From positions 1-64,000 of the forward strand of contig JBBQQR010000011.1 of NCBI GenBank assembly GCA_038215615.1: a DNA stretch of 64,000 nucleotides, in the 5' to 3' direction. The translations under genes and the position numbers were made by a program. The notes under the pieces are model-generated. The model saw nothing but the letters and a program-made list of their open reading frames with translations. It had not been told where the DNA came from and searched no databases. Shown in pieces: positions 59,207 to 64,000 of the stretch (positions are counted from its first letter, which is position 1; every line of letters starts with the position of its first letter). Source of the DNA: Vulcanimicrobiales bacterium. Lineage in GTDB: Bacteria; Vulcanimicrobiota; Vulcanimicrobiia; Vulcanimicrobiales; Vulcanimicrobiaceae.

Positions 59207-60669
59207 TGGCCGAACTTCCCGCGCAAGAGCCGCTCGTCAAAGAGATCCCGCCCAAAGGCGTGGATCTATCCGCGTGGTATACCGCGGCTTGTCTGAAGGC
59301 TGAGCTCGTTTCCTATGCGCCCGTGCGCGGCTGCGTGGTACTGCGTCCGTACGGTTTCGGGATGTGGGAGAATCTGCAGCGCGAGCTGGACAATCGTTTT
59401 AAAGAAACAGGGCATGAAAACGCGTATTTTCCACTTCTGATTCCCGAAAGTTTACTGGTTCGCGAAGCCGAGCACGTCGAAGGGTTCGCGCCGGAAGTCG
59501 CCTGGGTGACGCAAGGCGGTCAAGAGAAGCTCGAGGAGCGTTTGGCGATCCGTCCGACTTCCGAAGTTATCATCGGCGTCATGTACGCCAAATGGATTCA
59601 ATCCCACCGCGATTTGCCCGTACTAATCAATCAGTGGTGCAACGTCGTGCGTTGGGAAAAAGCGACCCGTCCGTTTTTGCGCACGATGGAGTTTCTCTGG
59701 CAAGAGGGACACACCGCGCACGCCACGGCGGAAGAAGCGCGCGCCGAAACCGAGCAAATGCTCGAAGTCTATCGCGATTTCGCCGAAAACGTCGCCGCAA
59801 TTCCGGTCTATGCCGGACGCAAGAGCGCGAGCGAGCGTTTCCCCGGAGCGGTGGAAACATTTTCGATTGAGGCGCTCATGCCGGACGGCAAGGCGCTGCA
59901 GTCAGGCACGTCGCACGACCTCGGGCAAAATTTTGCGCGCGCATACGACATCACGTTTTCCGACGCCGATCAACAGGTCAAGCACGTCTACACAACTTCG
60001 TGGGGTATTTCGTGGCGTATGCTTGGGGCAGTGATCATGGTGCACGGCGATGACCGCGGACTGCGGATTCCTCCCAAACTAGCGCCACTCGAAGCGGTGA
60101 TCGTGCCCATCGTCAAGGGCGAGGAGCGCGCCCCTTTGGAGAAAGCGCGCGAACTGGGAAAGACGCTGCGCGCAGCCGGCTTCCGCGTGCGCGTGGACGA
60201 GCGCGACCGCTCTCCCGGATTTAAGTACAGCGATTGGGAGATGCGCGGCGTGCCGGTGAGAATCGAGATCGGTCCGCGTGATTTGGAGGCGGGATCCGTC
60301 TCGCTCGTGCGGCGCGACAAACAGAAAGGCGAAGAGGGCTCTCGGATGGCGGTGGCGTTCGGCGCATTGAGCGTGACCTTACGCGAGCAATTGATCTCGA
60401 TTCAAGAATCGCTTTTCGCGCAAGCAAAAACGTTTCTGGAAGGCCACACGTTCGCACCGGAGGATCGCGCGTTGTTTTTCGAGCAATGCAAAAACCGCGC
60501 TGGGATGATCGATATACCGTGGTGCAACCGGCCCCAATGCGAAACCGAGGTCAAAAATCAAACCTCCGCGACCACGCGCGTGATGCGCGACTTACAACAG
60601 CCCGGCGCGCGGTGCGTCGCCTGCGGCGAGCCCGCAGTGGTCAACGCATATTTTGCTCAGAGTTATTAG
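59206..60669 (+). CDS. proS: Prolyl-tRNA synthetase (archaeal/eukaryote-type)
   Basis: HVEGFAPEV, IRPTSE, EFLWQEGHT, QSGTSHDLGQNF, C-terminal Zn site and AQSY. Confidence 0.97.
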   Translation: MAELPAQEPLVKEIPPKGVDLSAWYTAACLKAELVSYAPVRGCVVLRPYGFGMWENLQRELDNRFKETGHENAYFPLLIPESLLVREAEHVEGFAPEVAWVTQGGQEKLEERLAIRPTSEVIIGVMYAKWIQSHRDLPVLINQWCNVVRWEKATRPFLRTMEFLWQEGHTAHATAEEARAETEQMLEVYRDFAENVAAIPVYAGRKSASERFPGAVETFSIEALMPDGKALQSGTSHDLGQNFARAYDITFSDADQQVKHVYTTSWGISWRMLGAVIMVHGDDRGLRIPPKLAPLEAVIVPIVKGEERAPLEKARELGKTLRAAGFRVRVDERDRSPGFKYSDWEMRGVPVRIEIGPRDLEAGSVSLVRRDKQKGEEGSRMAVAFGALSVTLREQLISIQESLFAQAKTFLEGHTFAPEDRALFFEQCKNRAGMIDIPWCNRPQCETEVKNQTSATTRVMRDLQQPGARCVACGEPAVVNAYFAQSY

Positions 60670-61189
60670 CGCGCTCGTTCTGCTAGCGCAGCTCTTTCCG
60701 GCGGCGTCGCCCGGCGTGGACCGGCTCGATGCGAATGCGCGCGCTTCGGGCAACCGCAAAGATTTGGCCGTCGGGATAGGCCGCGCGCTGTTTCACACAG
60801 AGTGGCCCGCGCAGGTGCTCAACGTCTATGCAAACGGCTTCGCCGGCCACGACGTCGCCGGCCTGCGCGTTTCGGGCGAGCATTTTCACCATTCGCTCAC
60901 GCGCGATCAATTTGTAGGCGAGATCGCCTCGCTGGTGCTCGAGAGCTTTGCGGCCGCCCCGGTCGACGAGGTGGACGTTTGGGCGAGCGTACCGTTGCGG
61001 GTGGGTAAGGATGTCGTGGTGGCGGGCGACCTCGCACAGCCCAGTTCGCGCGCCGTCTTCACGGTGAGCGTTCGCCGCGGAGAACGCGCGGCAGCGTTGG
61101 TCAGGCGGATGCGCGCGAGTCGCGGCGTCTATTGGGACCAGGAGTGGGCCCGTACAACTTTAAAGTCAGGAGGCTCTAGTGTACCGTAA
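60653..61189 (+). CDS. Secreted hypothetical protein
   Basis: Signal-like N-terminus; overlaps both operon neighbours. Confidence 0.65.
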   Translation: MLRVISALVLLAQLFPAASPGVDRLDANARASGNRKDLAVGIGRALFHTEWPAQVLNVYANGFAGHDVAGLRVSGEHFHHSLTRDQFVGEIASLVLESFAAAPVDEVDVWASVPLRVGKDVVVAGDLAQPSSRAVFTVSVRRGERAAALVRRMRASRGVYWDQEWARTTLKSGGSSVP

Positions 61190-62435
61190 AAGCCTCCTCA
61201 CCAACGGCGTCCGGGTCATCAGCGAATCGATGCCCGGCTTTCGTTCGGCCTCAATCGGCATCTGGGCCGACGTCGGCTCGGCGGTCGAGCAGCCCCAGCT
61301 GCGCGGTGTTTCACATTTGGTCGAGCACATGCTGTTCAAGGGAACGCAGCGCCGCACTGCACGGGAAATCGCCGAAGAGATGGATGGCGTCGGCGGAAAT
61401 CTCAACGCCTTCACCGATAAAGAAGCGACCTGTTACTATGCCAAGGTCATGGATGTGCACCTTCCGCTCGCGATCGACGTGCTCTCCGATATGTTCCTGC
61501 ACTCGCTCTTCGATCCGTCGGAGCTCGCCAAAGAGCAAAAAGTCGTGCTCGAAGAGATCAAGATGTACGACGATTCTCCGGACGAACTGATCCACGATCT
61601 TTTCATTCAGACGATGTGGCGCGACAGCAATCTCGGTTCGCCGACCATCGGTTTTGCAGAGACGGTGACGAAACTCACCCAAGACGAATTGCGGCAACAC
61701 ATGAAACGGCACTATGCACCAAACTCTGTGGTCGTAGCCGCCGCCGGCAACGTCGACCATGACGCGCTGGTGGATATGCTCGAACGCGCGCTGGCGCCGT
61801 TTCAGGGAACGTGCGCGTTGCCGGTCCCGGAAAACCCGCCGCCCACGCCGGCGTCGCTATTCCGTCCTAAGGATAGCGAACAAGCGTATGTCGTGCTGGG
61901 CACGACGGGCCTTTCGGTGCGAGACGAACGCCGCTACGTGCTCTCGGTGCTCGATACGATACTGGGCGGGGGCATGTCGAGCCGCTTGTTTCAAGAGATT
62001 CGCGAAAAGCGCGGGCTCGTCTACACGGTCTATTCTTTCCAAGCCGCCTATCGCGGAGCCGGCCTGTTCGCCGTATATGCCGGCACGTCGCCGCAAACCG
62101 TCGGCGAATGCGTTTCGGTCATCGGCGACCAGTTCGCGCAGATCAAACAAACCGCGGTCGGCGACGCCGAGCTGCGGCTGGCAAAAGAACATATTAAAGG
62201 AAGCCTCTCGCTTTCGCTCGAGAGCACGTCCGGCCGGATGATCCGCCTGGGCCGCAGCGAGTTCTCACTGGGACGCGATCTCCCGATCGACGAGATCGTG
62301 GCGAAGGTCGAAGAAGTTACCGCTGCCGAGATCCAAGAACTGGCGCAAGATCTGCTGCGCGAAGAGAACCTTGGCTTGTGCGTGCTCGGCCCCGTCGACG
62401 AAGCGTCCGTCGAGTGGAATCGCAGCGCTGCCTAA
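61179..62435 (+). CDS. M16 family peptidase (cytoplasmic)
   Basis: HLVEHMLFKGT, NAFT, GGGMSSRLFQEIREKRGL. Confidence 0.95.
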   Translation: MYRKSLLTNGVRVISESMPGFRSASIGIWADVGSAVEQPQLRGVSHLVEHMLFKGTQRRTAREIAEEMDGVGGNLNAFTDKEATCYYAKVMDVHLPLAIDVLSDMFLHSLFDPSELAKEQKVVLEEIKMYDDSPDELIHDLFIQTMWRDSNLGSPTIGFAETVTKLTQDELRQHMKRHYAPNSVVVAAAGNVDHDALVDMLERALAPFQGTCALPVPENPPPTPASLFRPKDSEQAYVVLGTTGLSVRDERRYVLSVLDTILGGGMSSRLFQEIREKRGLVYTVYSFQAAYRGAGLFAVYAGTSPQTVGECVSVIGDQFAQIKQTAVGDAELRLAKEHIKGSLSLSLESTSGRMIRLGRSEFSLGRDLPIDEIVAKVEEVTAAEIQELAQDLLREENLGLCVLGPVDEASVEWNRSAA

Positions 62436-63336
62436 TCACGCCGTACCGGCGCTGATACCGTTTTGGTCCTGGCAGCTCGTCATCGCGCTCCTGGTCAACG
62501 TCGCCGTTCAGGCAATGACGATGGGAGCCTATGCCGCGCGCCTGGCCGGAGTCCGAACGGGGCGAATCGCGACTTCGATTTCACTCTTCAACTTGTTCAT
62601 GACCGCGAGCCGCTTGGCTACGCTGGTCTATACGCTGATGCTGGGCCCGCTTTCAGATCGCGCCGGAAACGCCGTCCGCGCGCTGCTCGGCCAAGCTCGG
62701 GCCGGTGCGCCGTTTGCCTGGCCGCGCATCTGGGAAATTCAGCACGTTTTCGAGTTGCAGCTTCGCGTGATCATTATTGCCGGCATGGTGGGCACCGTCG
62801 TCGGATCGCTCTTGCTTCCGATGTTCACGTTTATGTATGTCCGCGGCGTCCGATCGTTCGAACGCACGAAATCGTTACCGCATTCGTTGGCGCGGCTTTT
62901 CTATCCCAGCGTGATGCTGGTAGTGCTGCGGCAGATGCGCGTGCCGCGTTACTCCGAGATTTTCAGCTTTTCCACGCGCAACATCCCGGCGCGCCTGCTG
63001 ATCTTCAACGTCGTGGTAACGGCAGTTTACGCGATCGGCGTCGTCGCTGCCTATTATGCCAGCGTGCTCGATGTGAACGTAGCGCGGACGGCCATCGGCA
63101 TCTCGGGAATCATCAACGGCATCGGCACGGTTGCTTTTACGTTTTTCGTCGACCCGACGTCTTCGATCATCGTCGACGAGGCCGTCAAGGGTGAGCGTCC
63201 TGAATCAGAAGTCAAAGCGATGGTATTCTACCTCGCGCTTACGGCTATTGCCGGCTGGGTACTTTCGCAGCTTTTGCTCTTTCCGGCGGCATGGATTATC
63301 GCGGCGGTCGCGCATCTGGTTAACCACGGACGATAG
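62428..63336 (+). CDS. amj: Amj-family (DUF2837) lipid II flippase; start uncertain
   Basis: AYAARLAGVRTGRIATSISLFN, YAIGV, SGIINGIGT..VDP. Confidence 0.8.
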   Translation: MPNHAVPALIPFWSWQLVIALLVNVAVQAMTMGAYAARLAGVRTGRIATSISLFNLFMTASRLATLVYTLMLGPLSDRAGNAVRALLGQARAGAPFAWPRIWEIQHVFELQLRVIIIAGMVGTVVGSLLLPMFTFMYVRGVRSFERTKSLPHSLARLFYPSVMLVVLRQMRVPRYSEIFSFSTRNIPARLLIFNVVVTAVYAIGVVAAYYASVLDVNVARTAIGISGIINGIGTVAFTFFVDPTSSIIVDEAVKGERPESEVKAMVFYLALTAIAGWVLSQLLLFPAAWIIAAVAHLVNHGR

Positions 63337-63347
63337 CTGCACTGCCT

Positions 63348-64000
63348 ATGAGTAACATTCCGCTCCGGCCCGCATTCTGCGCCGTGGCTCTCGCGATCTG
63401 TCTGACGGGCTGCGCCGGACCCGTCGAACGGTGGCTCGTCGACACGCGCGTGCACCAAGGCGACACGGCACTGGCGCGCGGAAGTCTGCACGAAGCCGCG
63501 ACGGCTTACCGGCTCGCGCTGCACGTCAGCCCGACCGATGCCCGCGCCCGGGCGGGGTTCTCTAATGCGGCCGGAAGTATCGCCGACGCAGATTTCCGCA
63601 CGGGAAACTATGACGACGCGCTGGCAACCATGAGCGCGGCTCAAAAATACGATCCCACAAACGTCCGGCTGCAGGCGCTGCGCTCGCAGATCGATGACGC
63701 GCGACTGAAGCGAGCGATCGTCTTATCGAACTACCCTACCTATCGCGCGGCGGCGGCGGAAATTCAGGCGGCATTCGACGTTTTACGCGCACAGAACAAA
63801 CTGGTTGTGCATAGCCTGCACCGGTTCGCGTACACCTACGATACGCAAGATTTAACGCGCGCGATCGAAGATTCGTACGAGTTGCAGAGACAGATCGCCC
63901 GCAATACCAATCGCCTCATTATTTACCGCCAGCTGGTGGAGTCGGGCGTGCCGGCTACCGAGAAGGCGGCGGCGACGGCCGTCTCGGGTTCGCTGCTACC
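63348..64000 (+). CDS. TPR-like lipoprotein, partial (runs off the window end)
   Basis: MSNIPLRPAFCAVALAICLTGC lipobox; GD.AL..G..EAA.AY..AL..P TPR-like helices. Confidence 0.7.
   Translation, partial: MSNIPLRPAFCAVALAICLTGCAGPVERWLVDTRVHQGDTALARGSLHEAATAYRLALHVSPTDARARAGFSNAAGSIADADFRTGNYDDALATMSAAQKYDPTNVRLQALRSQIDDARLKRAIVLSNYPTYRAAAAEIQAAFDVLRAQNKLVVHSLHRFAYTYDTQDLTRAIEDSYELQRQIARNTNRLIIYRQLVESGVPATEKAAATAVSGSLL

Overview
A GC-rich, gene-dense bacterial chromosomal segment, mostly core genome. Gene content (TonB and LolA-like proteins alongside Amj, YlbL, short EF-Ts and archaeal-type ProRS) suggests a diderm Terrabacteria member such as Ca. Eremiobacterota; this is inference only. It holds six tRNAs (Val-GAC, Val-CAC, Asp, Phe, Gly-CCC, Cys), a type IB topoisomerase, recG-M16-HAD-rsmD-coaD, Moco genes (moaD, moaE, moeB, moaA), queG, an ECF sigma/anti-sigma-TonB pair, a photolyase, csrA (missed by the ORF track), rpsB-tsf-pyrH-frr-uppS-cdsA-dxr-rseP-ispG, proS and amj. 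I saw no CRISPR array, rRNA, integrase or transposase. Best leads: (1) an unannotated 20-aa ORF ending 3 nt before a stand-alone ATP-grasp-type ligase, a candidate peptide-modification system; (2) a ~160-nt multibranch palindrome upstream of moaA with two ANGGAN loops, a possible CsrA sponge or MITE; (3) a shared GTCACA-N16-YGTT promoter linking the ECF/anti-sigma-TonB operon to a distant TonB gene; (4) a Tat-exported GH79-like protein that appears to lack both catalytic glutamates; (5) hints of non-canonical start codons at gene overlaps.
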